Positions 11,164 to 22,881 are shown, counted from the stretch's first letter. The stretch: DNA of 39,761 bases from Thraustochytrium aureum (GCA_012862495.1 BLSG01000037.1:96477-136237); one strand, 5' to 3'. The notes: generated by a model not told the origin, from the letters alone. Numbers and translations: made by a program.

Positions 11164-12021
11164 TAAATCAGCAATTGCCCTCTTCACGCCCGCGCCCCTC
11201 CCCTCCTGCACTCTCTGGCCAGACGCGCCGCCCGCCTGGCGCGCACTTGCACGTTCTATCCCTGTGTTAGCCGGCTTGTCGNNNNNNNNNNNNNNNNNNN
11301 NNNNNNNNNNNNNNNNNNNNNNNNNNNNNNNNNNNNNNNNNNNNNNNNNNNNNNNNNNNNNNNNNNNNNNNNNNNNNNNNNNNNNNNNNNNNNNNNNNNN
11401 NNNNNNNNNNNNNNNNNNNNNNNNNNNNNNNNNNNNNNNNNNNNNNNNNNNNNNNNNNNNNNNNNNNNNNNNNNNNNNNNNNNNNNNNNNNNNNNNNNNN
11501 NNNNNNNNNNNNNNNNNNNNNNNNNNNNNNNNNNNNNNNNNNNNNNNNNNNNNNNNNNNNNNNNNNNNNNNNNNNNNNNNNNNNNNNNNNNNNNNNNNNN
11601 NNNNNNNNNNNNNNNNNNNNNNNNNNNNNNNNNNNNNNNNNNNNNNNNNNNNNNNNNNNNNNNNNNNNNNNNNNNNNNNNNNNNNNNNNNNNNNNNNNNN
11701 NNNNNNNNNNNNNNNNNNNNNNNNNNNNNNNNNNNNNNNNNNNNNNNNNNNNNNNNNNNNNNNNNNNNNNNNNNNNNNNNNNNNNNNNNNNNNNNNNNNN
11801 NNNNNNNNNNNNNNNNNNNNNNNNNNNNNNNNNNNNNNNNNNNNNNNNNNNNNNNNNNNNNNNNNNNNNNNNNNNNNNNNNNNNNNNNNNNNNNNNNNNN
11901 NNNNNNNNNNNNNNNNNNNNNNNNNNNNNNNNNNNNNNNNNNNNNNNNNNNNNNNNNNNNNNNNNNNNNNNNNNNNNNNNNNNNNNNNNNNNNNNNNNNN
12001 NNNNNNNNNNNNNNNNNNNTT

Positions 12022-12579
12022 CCGCGTGCATTTCATGCAGGAGCTGATGGCTCGTTCTCAACCGAAGCCCTTCACGATCGGTACTTTTCTCGGGTGGCCT
12101 CGCATCGCGACAGGTCGTTCCGCTGGGCAGAAGCCGACCTCGCTTTTGGCACCCTCGAGAACTACGATGCCGCATTCTTGCGCATGCTTTTGCACCAGTC
12201 AGTACACGTACGGCATGGTCGCGAACTCACTGGCCCCCTCTCTGCCGTCCCTTGGGTCACCTTTGTCGTTTGGCACCGCTCAAACCCGGACCCCCGGTTT
12301 GATTCCCGATTCAAGCCGTTGGCTCGTCGGCTTGGGATCTGGCACCAGCACCGTCGCGGGGCGCGACGCGGTGTCCACGAGCTCTACATTGGCGCGGCGC
12401 GCTTGGTGCTGGTCAACGTCTTTGACCCGGCGGAGGCGCCTTCCGCGCATGTGAGGAAGCGATCGTTGTGGTTCCAGAGCTTCCTGGCGGTGTCGCCTTG
12501 GGCACGCTTTCGCCCGGCACACGAACGTGTATTTAGAGACGGCCGCGAGCTTGCGGAGGAGATGGAGGAGCCTGGGTAA
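12022..12579 (+). CDS. Hypothetical protein, 3' part; 5' end in gap
   Basis: The frame is open from the gap edge (PRAFHAGADGSFSTEALHDRYFSR...) to TAA 12579 with globular-protein-like composition. No family recognised. Confidence 0.55.
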   Translation, partial: PRAFHAGADGSFSTEALHDRYFSRVASHRDRSFRWAEADLAFGTLENYDAAFLRMLLHQSVHVRHGRELTGPLSAVPWVTFVVWHRSNPDPRFDSRFKPLARRLGIWHQHRRGARRGVHELYIGAARLVLVNVFDPAEAPSAHVRKRSLWFQSFLAVSPWARFRPAHERVFRDGRELAEEMEEPG

Positions 12580-13018
12580 AGCAGTGCTTGGGCTCTGGAG
12601 CGCGCTTGGAACCCCCGAGCCCGCCACTCCCAGATGGGCGGTGGAGGGCCCACTACTGGTTGGTGATCCATGGTGTTACTGGGTTATCTACGGAAAAATT
12701 GCGCGAAGGATTCGGCTGCCTCCTTAGGCAGCCTGGGTCGGGATACCTTTCTCCGCGCGCGAGGGAAGCCGCGAGCTGAAGAGCCCCTAGAGCAGCCCCG
12801 CACGAACCACACTGACGACCGAAAGTCTGAACAGGCGAGGAGCCTCGCGAATGAAGGCTTTCCAACGTTGACACCATACGTCCGTGATAAGCTGCCCTGT
12901 TGGGCTACAGTTCCGACATGACGAGATTCCTGGTTGACGCTCGTTGTTCTAACGAATTAGAAAGAGGGCTTTATTTGTAAACTTGCAAGGTTCCGCCGCG
13001 TCACGACCGCAGCGCGAA

Positions 13019-13117
13019 ATCAAACAGAGCCAAGGCGGATCAGACGATGACATCAAACAGGGCCAAGGCGGATCAGACGATGACATCAAACAGAGCCAAG
13101 GCGGATCAGACGATGAC
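13019..13117. repeat. 3 x 33-bp tandem repeat overlapping the stop codon of the SLC17-like gene
   Basis: atcaaacag(a/g)gccaaggcggatcagacgatgac at 13019, 13052 and 13085. Confidence 0.97.
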
Positions 13118-14563
13118 ACGGCCCGAGTAGTGGCCAAACAGGTAGAAAACGAGCGCCGCTGAGTAAAAGACGAGCCCCATTGCCACAAACACTCCTGTCC
13201 AAGACCCCGTGCTCGTCTTGATAAAGGCCACCATGGGGACGCCGATGATCCCAGCAAACGCCGCAAGCGTGTTGCTGATGCTTTGCAGTTTGCCCACAAA
13301 CTCTGGGCTGGCCACATCAAGCTTGGCGGCCTCGTACCCGGCGACGGGGCCGGCGCCGTTGAACGCCAGCGCAATACACATGTACGCAATCGCACTCACT
13401 GGCCAGCGCGACGTGCTGATCAACATCATAAACGTCCCCGCGCCGCAAAACCCCGCGATCGTCGAAAACCTACGCACTTGGCAAAGCGAGCTTTCGCCGC
13501 TCGCTATGTAGCGGTCGGCATACTTTGAGGTCACCGACACGGCGACGCTCATCGCAATGTACGGCAGGCAAGTGAGAGCAAGCGAAGAGCCGCCCAGCCC
13601 AAACGCTTCCTCGAAAAACGTGGGCAGCCACGACATCATCACGAAAGCGCCAACGTTGTGGCTAAAGTGCGCCCAGAAGATGGCCCCCACCACCTTGTGG
13701 CACACCACCCTTCGGAGGCCAGCCATCAGCGCGCTGGGGGACCACCCCCTGATCAAGCTCAGGTCCTTGGCGTTCGACCTTGGCGTGGCCGAGCCGCTGA
13801 ACCCGCCCGAGCCAGACCCCGCAGGGCGAGAGCTTGGATAGCACGGGAGAGGCACGTCGTGCCCGCCCTGGGACTCGTAGAGGATGCAAAACGCAAACCA
13901 CATGACGGTCCACACCACGCCAAGGACCCCGAAAAAGTTAAACACGGCCTCCCATCCAAAGTGGTGCATGATGAGCGGAGACGCCACAAATGAAAATATC
14001 GCCCCCGAGAACACCCCGATGTTGATGCTCGCCAAGCTGCGAGACCGCTCGTCCTCGGGGACGCGCGAGCTGAAAAGGTGGTAGATCGTGGGGAACACCA
14101 CGCCCTCAAAAACGCCCAGAGCCATGCGGCCCAAAACTACCTCGTGGTGAGAGATGCGCGCGAGCCACGGCACCGCCAGCGTGCAGAGGCTCCACATAAA
14201 CGCGCAGACGCCGAGCACGATGTGCCCGCCGTACTTTTGCGCCAAGAACGCGCCTGGGACCTGTGACCAAATGTAGCCGTAAAAAAACGCAGAGAGGGCC
14301 GCGGAACGCTGCGACATGTCCCAGTCCAGGTCCTTGGCCATGTCCACCACGGCCACGCTCATGTTGACCCTGTCGCAGTACGACAGAGCCGTGCAGAGGC
14401 TGCACAAAAACACGAGGCCGACCCTTCGCGCATCCTTTTTGCCTCCGCTACCCACAGTGCCGCTCACAAACCCCTCGCGTTCTTCGGCGTCCTCATGGCC
14501 GCCCCGGCCCGCGCCGGTCATGCTGCCGGTCTCAATCGAGCCGGCCCTGCGCTTAACATTCAT
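13106..14563 (-). CDS. MFS anion:cation symporter (SLC17/sialin/PHT4-like)
   Basis: SYCDRVNMSVAVV, SAFFYGYIWSQVPG, GRMALGVFEGVVFP, GWEAVFNFFGVLG, MSWLPTFF and ISNTLAAFAG; about 12 TM segments. First ATG at 14563. Confidence 0.92.
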   Translation of the reverse strand: MNVKRRAGSIETGSMTGAGRGGHEDAEEREGFVSGTVGSGGKKDARRVGLVFLCSLCTALSYCDRVNMSVAVVDMAKDLDWDMSQRSAALSAFFYGYIWSQVPGAFLAQKYGGHIVLGVCAFMWSLCTLAVPWLARISHHEVVLGRMALGVFEGVVFPTIYHLFSSRVPEDERSRSLASINIGVFSGAIFSFVASPLIMHHFGWEAVFNFFGVLGVVWTVMWFAFCILYESQGGHDVPLPCYPSSRPAGSGSGGFSGSATPRSNAKDLSLIRGWSPSALMAGLRRVVCHKVVGAIFWAHFSHNVGAFVMMSWLPTFFEEAFGLGGSSLALTCLPYIAMSVAVSVTSKYADRYIASGESSLCQVRRFSTIAGFCGAGTFMMLISTSRWPVSAIAYMCIALAFNGAGPVAGYEAAKLDVASPEFVGKLQSISNTLAAFAGIIGVPMVAFIKTSTGSWTGVFVAMGLVFYSAALVFYLFGHYSGRVIV

Positions 14564-14704
14564 GTCCCGGCGTCTGCCAAGCCAATTTTGGCGCACTGCT
14601 TGCCTCCTCGACCAGCTCGGGCAGAGCTGCAGAGGCCAAAGCGGCTTGCGGCTCTAGCCTCTGCTACTTGAGAGCTCCTGCAGGTAGAGCCAGCCAGGCC
14701 GCCA

Positions 14705-14742
14705 GACAGGCCAGGCAGGCACGCAGGCAGGCAGGCAGGCAG
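14705..14742. repeat. (GCAG)n microsatellite upstream of the SLC17-like gene
   Basis: caggcaggcacgcaggcaggcaggcaggcag read directly. Confidence 0.8.
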
Positions 14743-15854
14743 ACCGCTGGAGCTCTGCGCGCCGTCCGAACTCGCTTCAGTGGAGACTCCTGGAGACGAC
14801 CACGCACAAAAAAAAAGCCTCCAAAACCGCCTTCGTCTGCCATCGTTTGGATGGGCTCGAGGATCAATGGACGGTGTAGGCCGCCGCCACGGCGTCACAC
14901 GCTTTAGAGGAAAGCGGATGGGCCTGGAAGGGGTCGCGCTTGACGCAGCCGGCGCGACTGTGTTGAGCGCGAGGCGAGGCTGTTGGCTTTGAGTTGCGAG
15001 CGAGGGCGGCCGCGCCGGTCTTCCAAGTGGCCAGAAGTGCGCCTCGTTTCAGGGATGGAGCGATGCCGATGGAAACGCAAACTCGGCGCCCTGAGTTTGC
15101 GCACGAGCCTCAACGAAAGGTACGAAACAGGCAACGCAAAAGCCCAAGCGCGCGCCGCGTGTCATGAGGCATTGATTGGACGGGCCCAGCTGCCTTGGTC
15201 GTGAAGGAAATCTGAGGGGTTGCGTCGCGTCCCAACCGCCTTCGACCAACGTAGACAACCCCGTACTCGTGGGAGGTTGAATACCTCTTGAGCACTGGGC
15301 ACCAGCCGGCGGCCTGGCAGATCCGGCTCGTCGCTATTGATTTTTTCTTTGTTTTTTCTTGATCTTGATCAAGTTGAAACAAATTCGTTTTATACTGGAG
15401 CTGGGTCCCCCGGCGAAAGTATGCCGACGACGGCGACCAACTGCCCGACTCCAAAAGGTTTGGACGGATCCATCCGCCAGCGGGCACCCGCCGTCGCGAT
15501 GGAGCGCTGAGTGTCCGCGTGCAGCGCAACCAAACCTGCACCCAAACAGCGACCTCACTCCCCAAAACGGAAACACAGTTCGATCGAGCACCAGCAGCAA
15601 ACACCAAGCCGTACACCGTACAGCAGGGCGCTGAGTGGGCCACTGCGTAAAGTACGCGGAGCCAGCCGGACACTGGCGCGCGCGAGCGTGCTGCAACACG
15701 CACGAATACAGTAACGGATAGGGCACTCTTCTTTGATCGTCGAACGGACACGGCAGAATGCAGATTACCAACGCAGGCAGTCGTGCCCGCGGCGCCGCCG
15801 CTCCAGCAGCGAGGCGCAGAGCTGCCTCTAGAGCGAACTGCTCCCCAGGGCGAG

Positions 15855-18800
15855 ATGGACGCGCTTGCTTCGCCCACGCGGCAACTGCGGACGCCCGAGG
15901 AGTGCGTCGAGGCGATCAAGGACGGGGTGCGGCTCGTGAACAACCTCACCAAGGCCTTCGAACGCATGCAGTGCAGCGACGCCCGGGACGTGAAGCGCCC
16001 GCTGCGCAAAGGCGAGCTGTTCGAAAACCTCGAAAACGCAGTTGGCGTGTTTGTGCCGCACGACCTGAGGCGCCAGGTCTTTGTGCTATTGGATAGGAAC
16101 GCTGACGGGCTCATCGACTTCAAGTACGATTTTTGCATGGCTTTTCGCGGCCGCGCTGGTAAGACGAGCTTCGTGATGCGCGAAGAGGCCGCTTCGCTTG
16201 CCTTTTGCCAAGGCCTCGTGGCCCACGGCCTGGAGGTCGAGGACCTCTGGGAGGAAAAGCTGGCGCTCTCGGTCGCCGAATTCATCAAGGTTGTCGAGCT
16301 TCGCGTTTCCTCCGAGCTCTCGCACATTGCCGTGTACGCACTGCTGCGCGGCATGGGTCTCGACCCCCGCGGAAGCGCGTACGTCGAGCTTTCGCGCTTC
16401 AAGGCCTACATTCAGCCAAGGCTGGAAAACCTAAAGTCGGAGACGCGCGCGCCGTCCAGCAGATCACAGCCGGCTCAAGTCCCGCAAGAAGGCACCTTCA
16501 TCACAGCCTCTGAAGACACGCTTCTTGATCAAGCACAAATGCATGGTCAACCACGACCTCCTTCAGGGTCTCAGCGCAAAACTGCGCGGCAGCGCGACAG
16601 CCCACGGACGTGGAGAGCCCAACTCTCGACCCGACCCCAGTCGGCAAGAGGCGCCCCTGCAAACGTCGCTTCAAATAGCCAACTTGCTGGCGCTGGGCCG
16701 CTATTGGGCGGAATGCCGTCTGCAGACTCGAGCGGCGCGTTTGTAGTGCTCGTGGACGCCTCGGCGTTCATGGACGAGGAGCTCTGCGCAGGCGACGTGC
16801 GGCTCTCTAGGCTCCAGTTCCTTGTCGCCGAGCTGGAAGCGGCGTTGAAATGCAGGGCGAGCGAGTCCACAAGGCTCAGATTCAATATCGTCATGTTTGG
16901 AGAGGGCCCAACGGCAGTCAAGTGGGAGCGCCACGTCGTTCCCCTGACTTTCGCGGCCGCGGAGGCCGCAACGGCCTTCCTACGGAGCCGAAAGCGCGGC
17001 CTAGTGCGTTCCTCACGCGCGACCAGTGCCGTAACTGGATCATCGACTGGATCCAAGGTCGTGCTGCGTTTGCTACAGGAGCTCGTTGCTGAGCATGTCG
17101 TCGAGGATGTCTTCCTCGTCTGTGGGGCCGGCGAGGACGGTAGAGGTGTTCTCAGCGACCTTCGACCGGCAAAAGCGCGCAGAGCCCTCAAGCGCGCTGG
17201 GTTGGTGGCCGTACGACTTCATTTTGGCGTCATCGGAGCTTGCCCGGACAACGAGCACGGGGCGTTTGCGATTCTCTCGGCCCTGTGCAAGACAATGCGA
17301 CGCTGGGTCACGGACGATGGCGAAGCGCACGTTCTTGGCACTGCGCCGCAATGCACGCGGACTGCGAGCCACCTTCTTGTCTCGGACGCCTGCTCTGTCG
17401 TTCGAAACGACGTCGCAAAAGTTTACCAGCGTCCGCAGACCTCCAAGGGGCCCCGAAGATTCCAAGACACTGACTGCTGCGAGGCTGAAGAGGGGCGCCT
17501 GACGTTGCACTCTGCACGTGAGCCGGTCCAGAGTGCAGCGCTTCATTCTTGCAGGGGCAGCCCCGCTCCAAGCCGAGCGCAGAGGGTCCGTGGTGGTGGT
17601 CTTGCTGTGCGTCGCAGCTTGCCCGACAGCTGCGTGGTGTTTTCGTCGCACTCTGTCGTTGGGTCACGCGCAAGGGTTTCTCGCTCGAGACTGCTTACGA
17701 CGCCATGGATCAGAACGGGGACGGGGTGGTCTCCGTGTCGGACTTTTTGCAATCGCTCCGCAGTTTGCTGACGCAAGTTGGCAGTGCAGCAAAGGTCCGA
17801 ATCCCGCGCCAGGATGAGTACCAAGTGTGGCGCTGCATTGACGTCAGCGGGAGTGGAGCGGTTTCGTTTGTTACATTCGCTGCCTTTTTCTGGGGGACAT
17901 GTGACGAGTTCGGGTTTCCAAGGGCACCACTCGTTGAGCACGGCTCTGGCGTTGGGTCGGGGGTGGCGCTGGAGACCCAAGTGCGCAAGCAGCTCGAAAA
18001 GCTCCAAAACACCAAGCTCGCGCCTGGGACGCGCTACACCATGCGCAACAGGCCTTCCTCAGTCGCGAATCTATTGCAAGCTGCCCCAGAGCTTGAAGTT
18101 CTGGGGAGCCAAGGATCCCTCGTGGTTCCCAACGGCGTCGACGCGGGTTCTGATGCAAGCGCGGGGCGCAGCAGTCCACAAGCTACGAACAATCCGACCT
18201 AGCACAGGCGAGCCACGCCGATGGAGAATCGAGTGGGAGGCCGACGTTTGAGCATCAGCCCCTCCGAGTTCCCTTGCAAGACGCCATTGATCTCGGACTA
18301 GGGCCAGGGGTGGAAGGCTGGCACGACGTGCTCAAACCGCCGCGTCCGGGGCTTGAAACGCCGGAGTGTGCCCTCTGGACAAGCCTAACCACGAACATGA
18401 AGGCGCAGAACACAACAACAGCGCCAAACCCGTACAACGGAAAGCCGTCGCGCGCAAATTGGCGCGCAGCAACGTACGCGCCGTCGAAAGCTCTTTCTGC
18501 GGCTCTGACCTATCTGAGCGTGGGCCCAAAGGACGCCCCGGGGATCTTGCACCCGCGCGCCCAGGTTGGCAATGTGCAAGCCTTGGGCGGCCAGCTTCGC
18601 TTTCAGAACAGCAAGGTTGCTGCAGCGGCTCGAGTTGCTCGCCAATCCGAGGCTTGGGGGAGCCTGGACCTCGGAAGCCCCCTGGCTAGCTATGGGCGCC
18701 CATTCGAAGCCTTTGCCAGCGTTCACCCGCTCGATATGAACGAGTGGTTGCAGCGCACCAGTGGGCCGTCCACCGGCGCGCCGGAGCTCTCTGTAGCTGC

Positions 18801-21800
18801 TCCGCTCCTCGACCCGCACCTCGGCGCGGTGTCCGGGAGTATCAACGGCGGAGGCTGCGAGCTCCCACAAACCAGCTTGCAAGCGAGCGCGACGTTTCGC
18901 CAGCTCGTTCGCGCCAAAGGCCTCGTCGGATTGTCGGTGTCTGGGCTTGAGAGCTCAGGAAGCAATGAGTGGAGTACTGTGGAAGACGTCGTCGTGCTCC
19001 CGCCGTCCAAGCCGAATTCGTTGCCTCGCCTAGCGCTTGAATTTGATGGGGGGCGCCTTGTTGATGTTTCCGGGGCAAACAAGGCCAGTCGAGCTGCCTT
19101 GCGCCGGGCGCAGCTTCGGGTTCCTCTGGAGGCGTGCGGGGCGAGCGACGGCGAGCGACTCGTGATGCCAGGATCGAGCTTGCCCCTTGAGCGATACTGG
19201 GGCCCTCTCTCGGTATTTGCTGTTGGCCTCGCAGAGTCGCGGGTGCACCTGGTGCATGGCAACGAAGGCTCCTTTGGGGCCGGTGTGGATGGTGGCGCAC
19301 CAACGCACCTTTTTAGAGAAATTATCCTCGAGGTGCCCCACGACCTCCCGTTCCCGCACGAAGAAAAGCATGATCAGAAGCAGAGCGACGCGGTTCTTGA
19401 CCGGTTTGCAGGCGTGACAGTTCGGACCGCTCTGAAAGGCTCGCAAGTGTCCTTGTTCAGGCTGGACGCCGACTCGGTTAGCGCAGCCCCGGAACGTCGC
19501 GTTGCGCACGATGCAAGCCGATTGAGAGCAGATGCGGCCGCTAGCGAGTGTCTTGCGAGGCTTGGAGACGCTGGCGCGATTGTGGTGGCGCTGCGCGGCT
19601 TGTCGGCAACCTTTTCAAGCACCATGTACATGGTCGAAGTCCCGCAAAGCTGGGTTCAGGCCCTATGCGGTGGCGAAGGAGGCGAAAAGGAAAAGGAAGG
19701 CCACAACACCGAGAGCGAGTCTCTCCTAGCTCTGGCACGTGCAGTCATGACGGCGTGCAACGCGCAAGGTTCAGTGGCGACACCGACGGGGGATGTCAAG
19801 CTCTGTTTCCCCAAAGTATGCCTGGACACCGGGTTCGTTCCAGTGGAGGCCATTCCAGGGTGTCACCAGCGTGTCGAACTTGCAATCGACGAATCAGTCT
19901 GCCATGCAAGGGCCTATAGTGCTGGAGCATGGGCGTTGGCCCGGAGCGCGAGCGCGGAGCACTTGGAGTCCCCGCTTGGAGGCGCCGAACCGATCGAGGA
20001 GCCAACATCTCCGGGCAACCCGCTCAGGAAACTTGACAAGGATAGCATCACGCTGGCGCGGCCGTTTCTGTGTTTCTTCGCAAGCTGCGGCCGTATCTCG
20101 AGCGCTTTTCACGTCGGTCGTGACGCCTGGGTGCGCCCAAGTGTTGACGCGCCGGTGTCAAAGGCGGACTTCGCCTCCCTGCCGCGGGCGATCCACCAAG
20201 TTCCCAGGTCGCCGACAAAGCGTTTCGAGAACCCATGGGAATCGCGGAGCGAGGCAGCCGCGATTGCCGCAAAACCCGTCTATCGAGTGCCCGTTGCCGC
20301 CACAACGGACGAAATCTGTTTTCTAGTGTCTCGCGCCGTCGGGGAAGCCCGCGACCGGCTCGGCGATGGCGCTCGTGTTGGAGACGTGTTCAGCGTGCTT
20401 GTTGAGGCAGCCGCTGGAATCGGTCACGACGAGCGCCCGGCTGCAGGCTGCGCTGGGCTCAACCGCAAGGCGTTTGGTCTGGCGCTCAATCGCACGCTCG
20501 GCGTCAAGATGGCCTGGGCGCAGTTCGACGCCGTCTTCGCACGGTTGAGCCAGGGCACCGACATGGTCTCCCAAGGTCGATTTTGTGCCGCGTTCGAGCG
20601 CAAAGGCGACGGTTGCGCGGTGGGTGGCGACGAGGATAGTGCTTGGGTGAGGGAGGCCCTGTATGACATCGCCGATGCGATGCTTGTGCGTGGAATCAAG
20701 CCGTGGGTGCTTTTCCCGGAGGGCGCATCAATGGCAGAGTTTGTCCGCTTCATCGAGTCGCTTGAAATCGGCTTGTCTCGGGAACGCGTGTACACTTTGA
20801 TCGCTGCGATGGATGCGCGCCACTGCCGGCGCATCGCCTCCGGGTCTGATTTTGGCGCACTAATGGGAGCTGTTTTCCAAGAGCGCATGCGCGATCTTGC
20901 TCTCCTTCGCGCCAACGGCGGCAACTCGCGAAAGCGAGTTGCCGCAATCGACGAGCAAATGCACGTGTTGGAGCAGGCCCTTCGTTGCCAACGAATCGAG
21001 CTGTTCTGTCGTCAGATTCGGTCGCGGTCGACCGCATGCGAGGAGGTGCTTGCACAGATGAGCAACGTCGCGCAGTTGCGGCGGCGGCGCGCAAGGCTTT
21101 ATGACGAGCTTCGAGCAAGCATCCAAGAAGGGCACGGAGGACTGGCTGGCGAGAGGTCTCACGGCAGTGCCGCAGCGCTGCTTCGGGAGGAGTCTGCGGG
21201 GCATCGAAACCCAGCTTGAGCCACTGGAGCGTCAAGTTGCAGCAGCGCAGCACTCCGCGTCGGCGTCGCCTGCCAAGCTCGACGCAGAGTCAGCGCGGGC
21301 TGAGGTTGCCTTGCTTCTTTGCCCTTGGGTTCACGTAGACCTGTTCGACACGTTCGGACGCGATATCCCTGGGCCGTTTTCAGCTGTCGCGCGGGCTGCT
21401 GGGATGACGCTTGACTGTGGTATCCGGGTCCTTGGCCAGCCGGAGCAGGAGAGGTTCAAGCGCGTGGAGAGCATCTTACGGCGAATGGAGCGCAATGTGC
21501 CGTTGGCGGCTTTGAGGCGACGTGCCTCGACGAGCCGCCCGAAGACTGCTGGGGCACCCTTCCGGAGCCCGAGCCGTCTCTTGCCGGTTGTTCGTTTCGA
21601 TCCAGCAGACGAAAGCAACGCATACATGGCTCGGCCAGCGACAGGCAGCGGCGTCAGGTCTGAGGCGTCGATCGAGCACCGCGCCAAGGCGGCGGCGACA
21701 ATCGACGACCTTTGNNNNNNNNNNNNNNNNNNNNNNNNNNNNNNNNNNNNNNNNNNNNNNNNNNNNNNNNNNNNNNNNNNNNNNNNNNNNNNNNNNNNNN

Positions 21801-22724
21801 NNNNNNNNNNNNNNNNNNNNNNNNNNNNNNNNNNNNNNNNNNNNNNNNNNNNNNNNNNNNNNNNNNNNNNNNNNNNNNNNNNNNNNNNNNNNNNNNNNNN
21901 NNNNNNNNNNNNNNNNNNNNNNNNNNNNNNNNNNNNNNNNNNNNNNNNNNNNNNNNNNNNNNNNNNNNNNNNNNNNNNNNNNNNNNATCGACGACCTTTG
22001 TTTCGGAACAGGGTCGAGGGGTCTGCGTGGCGAAGAAGAGTTTACACGATGCACGAACGCTCTCGATGTTGCATCAAGTGGCATCCGCGTGGGTCAGGAC
22101 GCTACGAGCGCGGACGGCGAAGCTGAGAGCCTCGACGATGACTATGCCGAGAGCCTCGACGACGAGGAGGCGCTCGAAAGTATCCAGGACGATTCCTACG
22201 TGGACCTGTCAGGGCCAGAAGGCCAGATTAGCGACGCAGACACTGAATCGCGAGAAGGAGGCACTTTTGAGGGCAGCTCCGTCGCCAGCTTCAGCGACTA
22301 CCGCGGAGCTGAGAAAGCGGCGAGCGTCGCTTGCAGCCCAGAGGTCGCCATTGGTGTGCTTGAGAGCGACGTGAGTGGCCAGCAGGCCGGCTACGACCAA
22401 GTTGATCAAGAGTTTGATGAGGAGGGCGAGCCGGGCTCGACAGAGCGTCTTCAAGGTCGTGACCACGCCCTCATTCCAACTCCAAACGACGACCAAGCCG
22501 CGGAGGAGCAGGAGGAAGCAGAAGAGGAGTACAGCGAGGACGAAGTACAGGAATCCTGCAGTGACAGTGAGCAGGAAGTAAACGACGACGATGCTGATGC
22601 CGACGAAGGAGAAGACGACCAAGGAGAAGACGAGGCAGTCCAAGTCGAAGGCGAAGGCGAAGGCGAAGGCGATGGCGATGGCGATGGCGATAGAGATCGT
22701 ACATTCCGAAACGAAGTCAGGTGA
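15855..22724 (+). CDS. Inferred giant multidomain protein (about 2,200 aa): EF-hands, vWA-like domain, EF-hand pair, degenerate serpin-like domain, degenerate EF-hands, coiled coil, acidic tail
   Basis: Five overlapping ORFs (15783, 17549, 18274 whose frame is open from 18154, 21101, 21522) join by single-base shifts at G-runs 17554-57, 18163-66 and 21198-201, plus collapse of the gap 21715-21986. EF loops DRNADGLIDFKYD, DQNGDGVVSVSDF and DVSGSGAVSFVTF. vWA-like FVVLVDASAF...RFNIVMF. Confidence 0.65.
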
Positions 22725-22761
22725 TAGAAATCGTACTCCATTCGGAAACGAAGTCAGAGGT
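22689..22761. repeat. Imperfect 2-copy tandem duplication (34/39 bp) spanning the stop codon of the giant gene
   Basis: gatagagatcgtacattccgaaacgaagtcaggt / gatagaaatcgtactccattcggaaacgaagtcagaggt. Confidence 0.85.
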
Positions 22762-22881
22762 GGCAAGGGGATCGCGAGCAGACCGCTGAGCAAGAGCCAA
22801 CATGAAGTGTTTTAGGTAGATAGGGAGAAGTCGAAAATGTTGTTACACGAGTAAGTAGCCTTGACGACTCGCTACTAGCGG

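Noticed and set aside
9098..13117. Repeats at 9098-9312 and 13019-13117 as CRISPR arrays
   Set aside because: There are no unique spacers and no cas genes, and the context is eukaryotic.
21115..21175. Possible 61-nt GC-AG intron joining the 18274 and 21101 frames
   Set aside because: The donor context is weak (GA|gcaagc). A single extra G in the run 21198-21201 explains the shift more simply, although only RNA-seq can exclude the intron.
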